The notes under the pieces are model-generated. The model was given only the letters and a program-made list of their open reading frames with translations, searched no databases and had not been told where the DNA came from. Below, piece after piece: positions 1 through 8,421 of a DNA stretch of 32,000 nucleotides. Numbering within the stretch: position 1 is the stretch's first letter; every line of letters begins with the position of its first letter. The position numbers and the translations under genes are program-made. The stretch is taken from contig JAJRVL010000011.1 of assembly GCA_024277355.1 (NCBI GenBank), positions 30,001 to 62,000 on the forward strand, read 5' to 3'. This DNA comes from an archaeon (GTDB taxonomy: Archaea; Iainarchaeota; Iainarchaeia; Iainarchaeales; 1-14-0-10-31-34).

Positions 1-1
1 T

Positions 2-226
2 GATTTAGTGTTTTTACTTAGAACTAAATCTGAATTACTGGAAAAAAGACTGAAAAAAAGAGATTATTCTGAAGTAAAGATTCTGGATAATGTTTTCTGT
101 GAAAAAACAGGTTATTGCAAAGAAAAATCACTTAAAAATTACAAAAAAGTGATTGAAATAAAAAACGAGAAAACTTTAAACAGTTCCATACAAAAAATAA
201 TTAAAAAAATAAAGGGGAAAAAATGA
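2..226 (+). CDS. C-terminal part of a Fap7/AK6-like adenylate kinase-family protein (5' end outside window)
   Basis: Frame is open to the window edge: DLVFLLRTKSELLEKRLKKRDYSEVKILDNVFCEKTGYC resembles the 'VLRT.PE.L..RL..RGY...K..EN..AE' segment of Fap7/AK6 proteins. The provided GTG start at 8 is probably internal. Confidence 0.6.
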   Translation, partial: DLVFLLRTKSELLEKRLKKRDYSEVKILDNVFCEKTGYCKEKSLKNYKKVIEIKNEKTLNSSIQKIIKKIKGKK

Positions 227-1365
227 AGAAAATTGTTTTTATTTTAGTTTTATTGATGTTAAGTTTTGTTAATGCTGAAACCATTAAAGAGGAAACTTTT
301 GCTTTGATTGGTTATTCAGATTTTTTAGTTGAAGGAACAAACCAAAAACAATGCAATGAAGTTATTTTTTATGATGAGTTTAATGGAGAAGAATTCACAA
401 TAATTTCAATTCATTCTGAATTTGTCCCAAAAATCAAAGGAGAAGCAAATATTACTGTTCACTTAAACAATGAATTAATTTCAGTTATTGATTCAGAAAC
501 TGAATTCGGAAGAATTATAATTAAAAAAGAAAAATTAAAGGAAAAAAACATAATTAAATTATGTGCTTTTACTTCTGATGCAATAACAAAAATTTCAGTT
601 AAAGATGATTCAACAATAGGGAATTACAAAACAGCTTTTTTTCCTGAAGGAAGCCTTACAAAAAAAGTTTTATCTGAAGAAATAATTATAGGAAAAGAAA
701 TTACAATTAAGACTTCATTAAAGAATTATGGGAACGAAAAAACTTCCATTGAAATCATTGACGGAGATGCAGATAGGGAAGACATTGAATTAATCAAAGG
801 AAAAAGTTCATTTAAAGGAGAAATTCTTTCAGGAGAAGAAATTTCATTTGAATACACTTACAGATTAAAAGATGAAAGAACAAGAATTCTTCCTAATGCA
901 AAAGCTTACTATTTGAATGAATTCGGAGAAAAAAAAGAAATTGAATCCAACTACCCTGAAATATTTCCTTTAACAAAACAGGCATTAGAACCAATAATAA
1001 TGCTGAAAAAACAAATTAATTTTATTGGAGAAGAAAGCGAAATAGAAATTGTAATAATAAACAATTCAGAAAATACAGTTTATAATGCAGAAATCAAATT
1101 AATTTCTGAAGTTATTACCGGTGAAAAAACAACTGAATTTGAATCAATCCAGCCAAAAGAAACAGTTTACTTTAAAACAAAAGCAAAATCTAATTCAGCA
1201 GGAGAATTTGAATTAAAATGCGAATTAAGTTACGGCAAAGAAAAAACTTTATGCGATAAAACAACAATCCTGTTTGAAGAAAACACAATAGACCAAAAAC
1301 TGATTATTGGAAGTGTAATGGTTTTAATTGGAATAATAATTTACAGTTACCTTTATTTAAGATAA
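223..1365 (+). CDS. Secreted/surface protein with N-terminal signal peptide, CARDB-like beta domains and C-terminal TM helix
   Basis: MKKIVFILVLLMLSFVNA signal peptide; beta-rich repeats (NSENTVYNAEIKLISE...); C-terminal LIIGSVMVLIGIIIYSYLYLR. ATGA overlap with the upstream stop. Confidence 0.65.
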   Translation: MKKIVFILVLLMLSFVNAETIKEETFALIGYSDFLVEGTNQKQCNEVIFYDEFNGEEFTIISIHSEFVPKIKGEANITVHLNNELISVIDSETEFGRIIIKKEKLKEKNIIKLCAFTSDAITKISVKDDSTIGNYKTAFFPEGSLTKKVLSEEIIIGKEITIKTSLKNYGNEKTSIEIIDGDADREDIELIKGKSSFKGEILSGEEISFEYTYRLKDERTRILPNAKAYYLNEFGEKKEIESNYPEIFPLTKQALEPIIMLKKQINFIGEESEIEIVIINNSENTVYNAEIKLISEVITGEKTTEFESIQPKETVYFKTKAKSNSAGEFELKCELSYGKEKTLCDKTTILFEENTIDQKLIIGSVMVLIGIIIYSYLYLR

Positions 1366-2190
1366 ATTATTTACACATCTGTTTTTCATTAAAGAATCAG
1401 AAATCATATTGCATAAACTTATGTCTTTATTTTTTTCTGCAATTCTTGTAATGCAGTCATATTTAATTGAAGGTAAAGAAAAAGCAGTGCATAAATCTGC
1501 ATTGCCTATTGATAAAGCAGCATTAAACTTGCAGGTTTCTGTTGCACTTCCTTTAATTAAACTGCATATTTCCAGGTCTTTTTCCTGTGCAGCTAATTCA
1601 ATTAAACAGGAATTTTGTTCTATTGATTCAGAAAGAGTACTGCAAATGCTTGGATCAGAAGCATTTAATGCAATTTCCTTAATACAGGAAGCCTGATCAA
1701 ATTTAGTTATAAGTTCACTGCATTTACTTAATTCCTGTGAAACAACCACATATTCTTTCCAGACTAGTCTTTTGCATTTCTCTGAATCAAGATTAACTAA
1801 CTCCTCACATAAAATATCCTTATTTGATTCAATTGCTAATTTTTGTAAACATTCATCTTTTTCCTGAATTAAAGTTTTATCCATGCATGATTCATATTTT
1901 TCTTCAGGAGTTAAAGGAATTTCTTCCTGGATACAATCTTCTTCTGAAGCAACAATACTTCCATCAGGACAAGTAAAAGTTTTTTCTTCAGTTGTTTTGG
2001 TTAATCCAGGCAAAAGCATTACAAGCAGAACAATTATTACTAAAACAATTCCTCCAACTAAAAATAAATTAGAATTATTTGCTTTAGTAACAGATTTAGA
2101 AGGATTTGTTTTCTGAACAATTTTGCTTTTTTGATTTTGAACAGGATTACTGCTTTTTGCTTGAACTGGTTTCTTTACTTTGTTTTCCAT
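1357..2190 (-). CDS. Membrane-anchored protein with Cys-paired helical repeats
   Basis: Single TM (NLFLVGGIVLVIIVLLVMLLPGL) followed by repeated C-x(n)-C...A.....D...C units. Confidence 0.65.
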   Translation of the reverse strand: MENKVKKPVQAKSSNPVQNQKSKIVQKTNPSKSVTKANNSNLFLVGGIVLVIIVLLVMLLPGLTKTTEEKTFTCPDGSIVASEEDCIQEEIPLTPEEKYESCMDKTLIQEKDECLQKLAIESNKDILCEELVNLDSEKCKRLVWKEYVVVSQELSKCSELITKFDQASCIKEIALNASDPSICSTLSESIEQNSCLIELAAQEKDLEICSLIKGSATETCKFNAALSIGNADLCTAFSLPSIKYDCITRIAEKNKDISLCNMISDSLMKNRCVNNLS

Positions 2191-2244
2191 AGCAGTAATT
2201 ATTGAATTAACTTTTATTTAAACCTTTTTAATCAGGAATTCATC

Positions 2245-5133
2245 TTAATTGCTTGAAATCTTTCTTTTAGGTTTTTTTCTTTTCTTTTTTGGTTTTCTGA
2301 ATTTTCTAAACAAGACAAAAAAAATCACTCCAAACAAAGGATAAACTTGAAAAGGCAGTTCAATTAAAGGCAAAGAAAAAAAACCCGTTGAATTTATTTC
2401 CTGTAAAACAAAAGACTCATTAATTGAATCAACATATTTCCCTTTATTAAATAATTTTTTTGCAGAAGAAATGTTTTTGCCTGATAATTTAGCTGCCAGC
2501 AAAAAAACTTTTGCATCTTCTTTCATTTTATTTAAAGAAAAAACAAGTTCTTCTTCTATTCCATTTAAATTTTTTTCAAAATCAGCTAAATCCTGTTCTG
2601 CTGAAATCAAATACTCAAAAGAATTATTATCTGAATCAAAAAAAAATTTAAGTTCATTAAAAGAATTATTTAACTGTAAAAGTCTTTTTTTTGTTATTGG
2701 AGGGAGATAAACTTCACTTTCAGACAAAGCAGTATTTAGTTCTGGGAAAATGTCTTTAATTTCAGTTTTTTTTTCATTTAAAAAAAACTGTTTTTCTTTT
2801 AAAAATTTCTTTTTTTTCTGAATTTTTTCATTAACTGATTTATTTAAATCCTTAATTTCTTCATAAAAGATTAATTCATTTAAATCAGATAAATCTTCTT
2901 TTGTTTCAGGGAATTGTATTTGCCTTAGCCTTATACCCTGTTGTTTTTCATTAAATTCAATAAATAAACCGTTTTTTGGAATACAAGAAGTAACCGCTCT
3001 TAGCTGATTTCCTTCTTTTACGATTTCTTTAATGCAGGAATCAGTAAAAATTATGTCCTCTGAATTTCCAGGAAAAATAAAAGAAAACTCTGAATTAATT
3101 TCTTCATTTAAAGGATTAGGAAAAAAAAGTTCTTTTTTATCTGAAACTGTTTTAGATAATCGTTTTGCTGAAAGGAATTTTTCCAGTGAAGAAACAAAAA
3201 AAGAATTAATTTTATAATTAAATTTTTTTAAACCAGTTAATTCTTCTGAAGAAAATTCAAGAAAATCAAAATCCAGTTTATCTGAAGAAAAATGAGATGA
3301 AATTTTAGTTAGTTTTTCATTAAAAGCAGTTGTCTCTTTTGGAGAAAAAAAAGCAGGATAAAGCTTTGATAAAAAAGAAATTTTAGATAAAAGGTTTTTT
3401 GATTTAAAAAAAAGTAAATTAACTTCAGTTATTTCCTTGTCATTTAAATAAAGGTATTTTAGTATTCTTTCTTTTAATTCAGAACAGGAGTCGTAAAGAT
3501 AAGAATAATGGATTTTTTTCATTGATTTTAATGAATAAAAAGCATCAACAAAAGGAGAAAGGTTTTTGGCATAAAAAATTCTTTCAAGCGAATCAACACA
3601 TTGATTTAATGATTTTTCTGACTTCAGAAAAAATTTTTCCTGATTTTCTAAAGCAGCAGAAAGTTTTTCATTTAACAAAATTGCGTCTTTGCAGTAAAAG
3701 AGTTTTTCTTTTTTAAGTGCTTTTTCAAAAGAAGAAATTTTAACCGCAGTCCTTAAAGCAATAAAATTTATTTCAGCTGGTTTTTCAGAGAAATTAGTTT
3801 TAGTTAAATCATCTTCAATTGATTTAATTTTTGAATCGCATAAAACATTTAATTCATCAAATAATTCAACTGAATAAAAAGCAATATCTTCTTTAAGAAA
3901 AACAATTTCAGAGTTTAATTTTTTCAATGAATTAGTTTTTTTTCCCAAAGAAATTTTATTAAAATATTCTTTTTCAATTAATTCATTAAACTGCCTTTTT
4001 GACAGTAAAAGTTTTTCTTTTGATTCAGAAACAAAATCTTCAATTTCATAAACTTCATGCTGTTTTTCAGAAATAAATGTGTTTTCAAGTTCTTCAAATA
4101 AAAAACTTAAAACATTTGAATCAAATTTATTCAAAGAAGAAAGAGATAATTCATCTAATTCAACAGAGATTTGGTTAATATTAAATTTAATTTCGGCTGA
4201 AATTTCTTTATTCCTCTGATTTAAAGCAGTTTTATGTTCTGAAATATCTGAAACTAATCCAGAAAATTCAAATGCAACAGAATTTTCAGGAGACGCAAAA
4301 TCTCCAAATAAATTGAATAATTCATTTGTAGGCATTGAATTCAAAAGTTTAACACTTCTTTCCAAATCCACAAAATCAAACAAAAAAGAAAGAACAGAAG
4401 AAAAAGTTTTTTTCAGCAAAGGAACATAAAATTTTTTTGATTTAATTAAATTTAATGCATCTTTCTGATAAAAGCTAATTAAATCATTTGAAGTGAATTC
4501 ATTTAAATACAAAGAATAAAATCCTGCTTTAGAAGAAAATTCATTGAAATTCCTTGAAGCAGTAAAATAACGTGAAACAAAAGAATCAGATGTCTTGTTT
4601 ACTTCAGGAGTTGAAAGTTCATTTAAATTCTGGTTTAATAAAATAAAATCATCAAATAACTCTTCTTCTGGAATTAATTCAATTTGCTGTTTGTCAAGGA
4701 AATTTTTTTCAATTAAAATAAAAGAAAAAGCATTAAGATTTGCTTTGTCTGTAAACTCAAACGCTTTTTCTAAAGAAAAAGCTAATTCATTTGTTTTTTC
4801 AGGAAGGAAAGAGAAATTATTGTTTTGACATAACTGGTTTATTTGTTTGACAAGAGAAAGAGATTTATTAAAATAAAGCCAAGAAGAAGCCAAATTGTTT
4901 TTATAAGAATTTAAGTTGTCTGCTGATTCAAAAGAAAAGTTATTAGGAAAAACAAACAATTGTTTTTCAACTTTATTAAAGCAGTCTTCTTGTGAACTGC
5001 ATTTAGGTATTTTCTGGAAAGAATAAGAAGTTAAAGAAAGACACGCAGATTTGTATTCAAATTGTTTTTCCTGAGAAATGCATCCTGAAAAAAAAAGTAA
5101 AACAAAAAATAAAGCTAAAATTTTTAGTTTCAT
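2245..5133 (-). CDS. Very large coiled-coil-rich lipoprotein-like protein with C-terminal TM and basic tail
   Basis: N-terminus MKLKILALFFVLLFFSGC (lipobox-like), 962 aa rich in Lys/Glu/Phe/Leu, C-terminal YPLFGVIFFVLFRKFRKPKKKRKKPKRK. Confidence 0.65.
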   Translation of the reverse strand: MKLKILALFFVLLFFSGCISQEKQFEYKSACLSLTSYSFQKIPKCSSQEDCFNKVEKQLFVFPNNFSFESADNLNSYKNNLASSWLYFNKSLSLVKQINQLCQNNNFSFLPEKTNELAFSLEKAFEFTDKANLNAFSFILIEKNFLDKQQIELIPEEELFDDFILLNQNLNELSTPEVNKTSDSFVSRYFTASRNFNEFSSKAGFYSLYLNEFTSNDLISFYQKDALNLIKSKKFYVPLLKKTFSSVLSFLFDFVDLERSVKLLNSMPTNELFNLFGDFASPENSVAFEFSGLVSDISEHKTALNQRNKEISAEIKFNINQISVELDELSLSSLNKFDSNVLSFLFEELENTFISEKQHEVYEIEDFVSESKEKLLLSKRQFNELIEKEYFNKISLGKKTNSLKKLNSEIVFLKEDIAFYSVELFDELNVLCDSKIKSIEDDLTKTNFSEKPAEINFIALRTAVKISSFEKALKKEKLFYCKDAILLNEKLSAALENQEKFFLKSEKSLNQCVDSLERIFYAKNLSPFVDAFYSLKSMKKIHYSYLYDSCSELKERILKYLYLNDKEITEVNLLFFKSKNLLSKISFLSKLYPAFFSPKETTAFNEKLTKISSHFSSDKLDFDFLEFSSEELTGLKKFNYKINSFFVSSLEKFLSAKRLSKTVSDKKELFFPNPLNEEINSEFSFIFPGNSEDIIFTDSCIKEIVKEGNQLRAVTSCIPKNGLFIEFNEKQQGIRLRQIQFPETKEDLSDLNELIFYEEIKDLNKSVNEKIQKKKKFLKEKQFFLNEKKTEIKDIFPELNTALSESEVYLPPITKKRLLQLNNSFNELKFFFDSDNNSFEYLISAEQDLADFEKNLNGIEEELVFSLNKMKEDAKVFLLAAKLSGKNISSAKKLFNKGKYVDSINESFVLQEINSTGFFSLPLIELPFQVYPLFGVIFFVLFRKFRKPKKKRKKPKRKISSN

Positions 5134-5220
5134 TCCTGAATTCTTTTTGAAAACAAATAAAAAGAATTTTACACGTTAATTGACGAAAAACAATTAATTG
5201 TTTTATTGCATAAAGTATTT

Positions 5221-5781
5221 ATGGCAAAACTTTCACAAAAACAAGGAAAAGAATTAATTAAATTAGCAAGAAAAAGCATTAAGTATTTTCTTGCTTCAGG
5301 ACAAATAATGAAAGAAATTTCTCCGGAAGAATTCTCTGAAAAACAAGGAGTGTTTGTTACATTACATAACAAAAAAGGAGAATTAAGAGGCTGTGTTGGT
5401 TTTCCTTACCCAATACTTCCTTTATGGAATGCAGTAATTGAAGCAGGCGTTTCAGCTGGATTTAATGATTCAAGGTTTAATCAACTAACATTAAAAGAAC
5501 TTGAAGAAATTAAAATTGAAATTTCTGTTTTAAGTGTTCCGGAAGAAATTACAGAAAAAAAAGAATTAATTCCAGAAAAAATTGAAACAGGAAAAGATGG
5601 TTTAATTGTAAAAATTAATAATCAATCAGGTTTACTTCTGCCTCAGGTGGCAGAAGAAATGAAATGGAATTCAGAAATATTCTTGGAACAAACTTGTGTT
5701 AAAGCAGGATTAAACAAAGAAAACTGGAAAGAAAAAGAATGTAAAATATTTAAGTTTCAGGCGCAAATATTTAATGAATAA
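5221..5781 (+). CDS. AMMECR1-domain protein
   Basis: GVFVTLHNKKGELRGCVGFPYPILPLWNAVIEAGVSAGFNDSRFNQLTLKELEEIKIEISVLS matches the AMMECR1 signature (LRGCVG...). ATG at 5221 preferred to the track start at 5206. Confidence 0.85.
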   Translation: MAKLSQKQGKELIKLARKSIKYFLASGQIMKEISPEEFSEKQGVFVTLHNKKGELRGCVGFPYPILPLWNAVIEAGVSAGFNDSRFNQLTLKELEEIKIEISVLSVPEEITEKKELIPEKIETGKDGLIVKINNQSGLLLPQVAEEMKWNSEIFLEQTCVKAGLNKENWKEKECKIFKFQAQIFNE

Positions 5782-6039
5782 TTATGAATTAGAACAGTTT
5801 TCAGGATTAATACTATTAGATTTAATACATGAAAGATAATTTGACACTTCTTTGTCACAGATGCTTCTGCTTGATTCACAGACAGCTAATTTTGATTTAA
5901 ATGAATCAGAATTATCAAGCAAAGGCTGAACAAACATCAACTGAATTACTGCACCTAAAATTAAACCAAAAACAAAAATTAAAATTAATTTACCTGAAAT
6001 TAATGATTTCTTTTTTTTAGAAAATTCTTCTTTAGGCAT
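5782..6039 (-). CDS. Small single-TM protein, unknown function
   Basis: 85 aa, ISGKLILIFVFGLILGAVIQLMFV TM helix then a Cys-containing tail; fits between neighbours without overlap. Confidence 0.5.
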   Translation of the reverse strand: MPKEEFSKKKKSLISGKLILIFVFGLILGAVIQLMFVQPLLDNSDSFKSKLAVCESSRSICDKEVSNYLSCIKSNSINPENCSNS

Positions 6040-6214
6040 AAACCAAATAATAGGTTAAACTGATATAAAAAACTGATGTGAAAAAAAGACAAAAAGACAA
6101 TTATACATAACTAAGGTTTGGTTTTTGGACAAATAACCCGAAGATTCTTAAAAAAACAAAGAAAATTAGAAACTGAAAAAAGACTATTTTAAAAAAGACA
6201 GCTTATGTAGAGTT

Positions 6215-6247
6215 GTCTTAACGCAATGTTTATAAATATGTTAAGAC
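6215..6247. promoter_or_regulatory. TATA box (TTTATAAATA, about 6229-6238) flanked by a perfect 8-bp inverted repeat GTCTTAAC-N17-GTTAAGAC
   Basis: Read directly: gtcttaac gcaatgtttataaatat gttaagac. It ends about 35 nt upstream of the ATG at 6282. Confidence 0.6.
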
Positions 6248-6281
6248 CTTATTCATTATATTAAAATTTAAAGGTTTGAAA

Positions 6282-6548
6282 ATGTACAAATACACTGTTG
6301 CAAGGCAATTAGCTACAAAAAGAGTTATTACAAACAGAGGAGACGAAGTAGGAAAATTAACTGATTTACTAGTTAATGAATTAACCGGAGAAATCGAAAC
6401 ATTATTAGTTGAAGTTGACAGAGACAGCAAAGTAATGAGAAGAGTCGGTGCAAAAGACAGAATCATTAATATTCCTTATTCTGCAGTAACTGCAGTAAGC
6501 GACGTCTTTATTGTTGATGAAAGAGAATTAAGCGCAATAGAAGAATAA
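6282..6548 (+). CDS. PRC-barrel domain protein
   Basis: MYKYTVARQLATKRVITNRGDEVGKLTDLLVNELTGEIETLLVE...IPYSAVTAVSDVFIV is typical of small archaeal PRC-barrel proteins. Confidence 0.75.
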   Translation: MYKYTVARQLATKRVITNRGDEVGKLTDLLVNELTGEIETLLVEVDRDSKVMRRVGAKDRIINIPYSAVTAVSDVFIVDERELSAIEE

Positions 6549-6551
6549 AAC

Positions 6552-7661
6552 TTAATTTTCCCTGAAATCCAATAAAACTTTGTTTTTAGTTAAAGCAATT
6601 AACTCTATTTCTTTTTTATTTTGTTTTAAGTAACTATTAATTTTTTCTTTTATTTCTTTATCATTTAATCCTTTAGAAAAACCTTTTTTTGCTGAATCAA
6701 TTATGTCCTGAATAATTAAATTATTTGAATAAATTGTTTCTGCTTTTTTCCTGTATTCTTCTATTTCTTTTTCAAGTTTTTTTCTATGAGTTAACTGCTG
6801 TTCAAAACTATTCTGTAAGGCAATTAGTTTTTTTGGTTTTTTTTCAGGAATTCTTTGTTTAAAAAATTCTTTTGAATAAAATTCATCTAAAAAAGAATTA
6901 ACTGAATCTTTTTCTTTAAAGTCTTTAACTAAAGCTAATTTTAACGGAAGAATTAATTTTTCTTTTCCTTTTTGGATTTCAATTGGATTTGGTTCTTTTA
7001 ATAAATACATTTTTTTTATTTCATCAAAAACTTTTTTTATTTCTTTTTCAGTTATTTTTTCTTTTTTCAGTTTTAACTTAAAAAAAACTTCTTCAGCTAA
7101 AATTGATGGAATTTCAATTGACCCCATAACAGAAGAAAAAGCATTATTTTCTTTCTTTAAATTTTTCTTAAATTTTTCTGTGAATTCTTTAAAAGACATT
7201 CCTTTTGGATTAAGTTTTCCTGATTCAGGAAAAACATAAATTTGTTTTTTTTCAATTTTTCTTTTTTCTTCTTTTTTTAAGGCAGAAATAATCTCAAGAC
7301 TTTTATCTGTTAAAATAATATTCTTATTTGCAAAAAATTCAACTATAAGAAAATAATCCTGCAGTTCAAATACAACTATTCTGTCAGAATTATGCTGTTC
7401 TATTGATGAGATTTTTTTTCCTTCAATTCTTTTCCTTAAAAAAGCACCAAAACCCGAAGTCTGTTTTCTTGCATCAATCTTGTAATCAGAAAAAAACACT
7501 GCTTCAGGGAAAAGTAAAAGATTTTTTGTTCCTTGTTTTGTTCTTAATTTTAACTTGAATTTATCTGAATCAAGTTCTTGGAGTTTATTTATATAAGACT
7601 CTTTAAGTAAAGGTTTTAATTCCTGCAACAGACAAGTTAAAGTTAAATTCAATAAGTGCAT
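6552..7661 (-). CDS. NFACT-N domain protein (NEMF/Rqc2/FbpA-like), apparently lacking the C-terminal NFACT-R domain
   Basis: N-terminal NFACT-N-like features (RKQTSGFGAFLRKRIEGKKISSIEQHNSDRIVVFEL), then coiled coil and a helical segment; the ORF ends at 369 aa. Confidence 0.6.
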   Translation of the reverse strand: MHLLNLTLTCLLQELKPLLKESYINKLQELDSDKFKLKLRTKQGTKNLLLFPEAVFFSDYKIDARKQTSGFGAFLRKRIEGKKISSIEQHNSDRIVVFELQDYFLIVEFFANKNIILTDKSLEIISALKKEEKRKIEKKQIYVFPESGKLNPKGMSFKEFTEKFKKNLKKENNAFSSVMGSIEIPSILAEEVFFKLKLKKEKITEKEIKKVFDEIKKMYLLKEPNPIEIQKGKEKLILPLKLALVKDFKEKDSVNSFLDEFYSKEFFKQRIPEKKPKKLIALQNSFEQQLTHRKKLEKEIEEYRKKAETIYSNNLIIQDIIDSAKKGFSKGLNDKEIKEKINSYLKQNKKEIELIALTKNKVLLDFREN

Positions 7662-7796
7662 TTTAGCCCTTTTTTAGTTTTTAAACTGATATAAAACTAA
7701 ATAAAACAATAAATATAAAAAGAACAAAAACTACAAAACTACTTGTACATAATAAATATGCATAAACAATAAAATAGTTTAAGAGAGGCGGTAAAA

Positions 7797-8315
7797 TTGA
7801 AAAAAATAATCCCAATATTTTTGCTTGCAATAATTTTAATAACAGGTTGTGTATTAAATCCTGGAAAATCTGAATCTACAGGGCAAGCAATAGCTTCAAA
7901 AACAATTAATTACTCTGAAGAAATGGAAAAATCAATTTTATCTGGAACAAAATTCCCTTATCTGAAACAAATAACTCAGCCTGGTTTTACTGCAAAAGAA
8001 AACTTAATTACCGGAAACATGAATAACACTAATGGAATAAGCTATGAAGTAACTTTTAGTCCGGGAATTGCTTTTGGAAAAACAACTAAAATTATATGGC
8101 TGCAGGAAGAAGCAAAATTAAATGCTTTAAATACAAATATTATTACAATAACTCAAAAAGGAAAAACAATTACTCTAAAAAACTTCAATAAATACAACGG
8201 CAAACTTAACACTGAATTTATTTTTAGTTCAGATGGAAAATTAAACGGAATAAAAATTTACAATACACAAAAAATAACTGCAAAAGAAGTTTCAGAAATG
8301 CTTTATTTCAAATAA
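7797..8315 (+). CDS. Predicted lipoprotein, unknown function
   Basis: MKKIIPIFLLAIILITGC lipobox-like signal; TTG start. Confidence 0.6.
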   Translation: MKKIIPIFLLAIILITGCVLNPGKSESTGQAIASKTINYSEEMEKSILSGTKFPYLKQITQPGFTAKENLITGNMNNTNGISYEVTFSPGIAFGKTTKIIWLQEEAKLNALNTNIITITQKGKTITLKNFNKYNGKLNTEFIFSSDGKLNGIKIYNTQKITAKEVSEMLYFK

Positions 8316-8421
8316 AAAGCATTTTTTCCTTTTTTATTTAAATTTAGTTGGCTGACTAAACAAAAAAGAATATTAAAAGTTTTCCTTAAACTAATTACTA
8401 ATACTAAAACAAGGGAAAATT

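Noticed and set aside
8-226. Independent 72-aa gene starting at GTG 8
   Set aside because: The reading frame is open to the window edge and the sequence fits the C-terminal part of a longer kinase-like protein.
2800-5100. Frequent TTTTTT/AAAAAA runs as possible phase-variation tracts
   Set aside because: Such homopolymers are everywhere in this A/T-rich, Lys-rich genome; nothing ties a particular run to a reading-frame switch.
5169-5372. 67-aa minus-strand ORF upstream of the AMMECR1 gene
   Set aside because: Mostly overlaps the AMMECR1 coding region; no supporting features.
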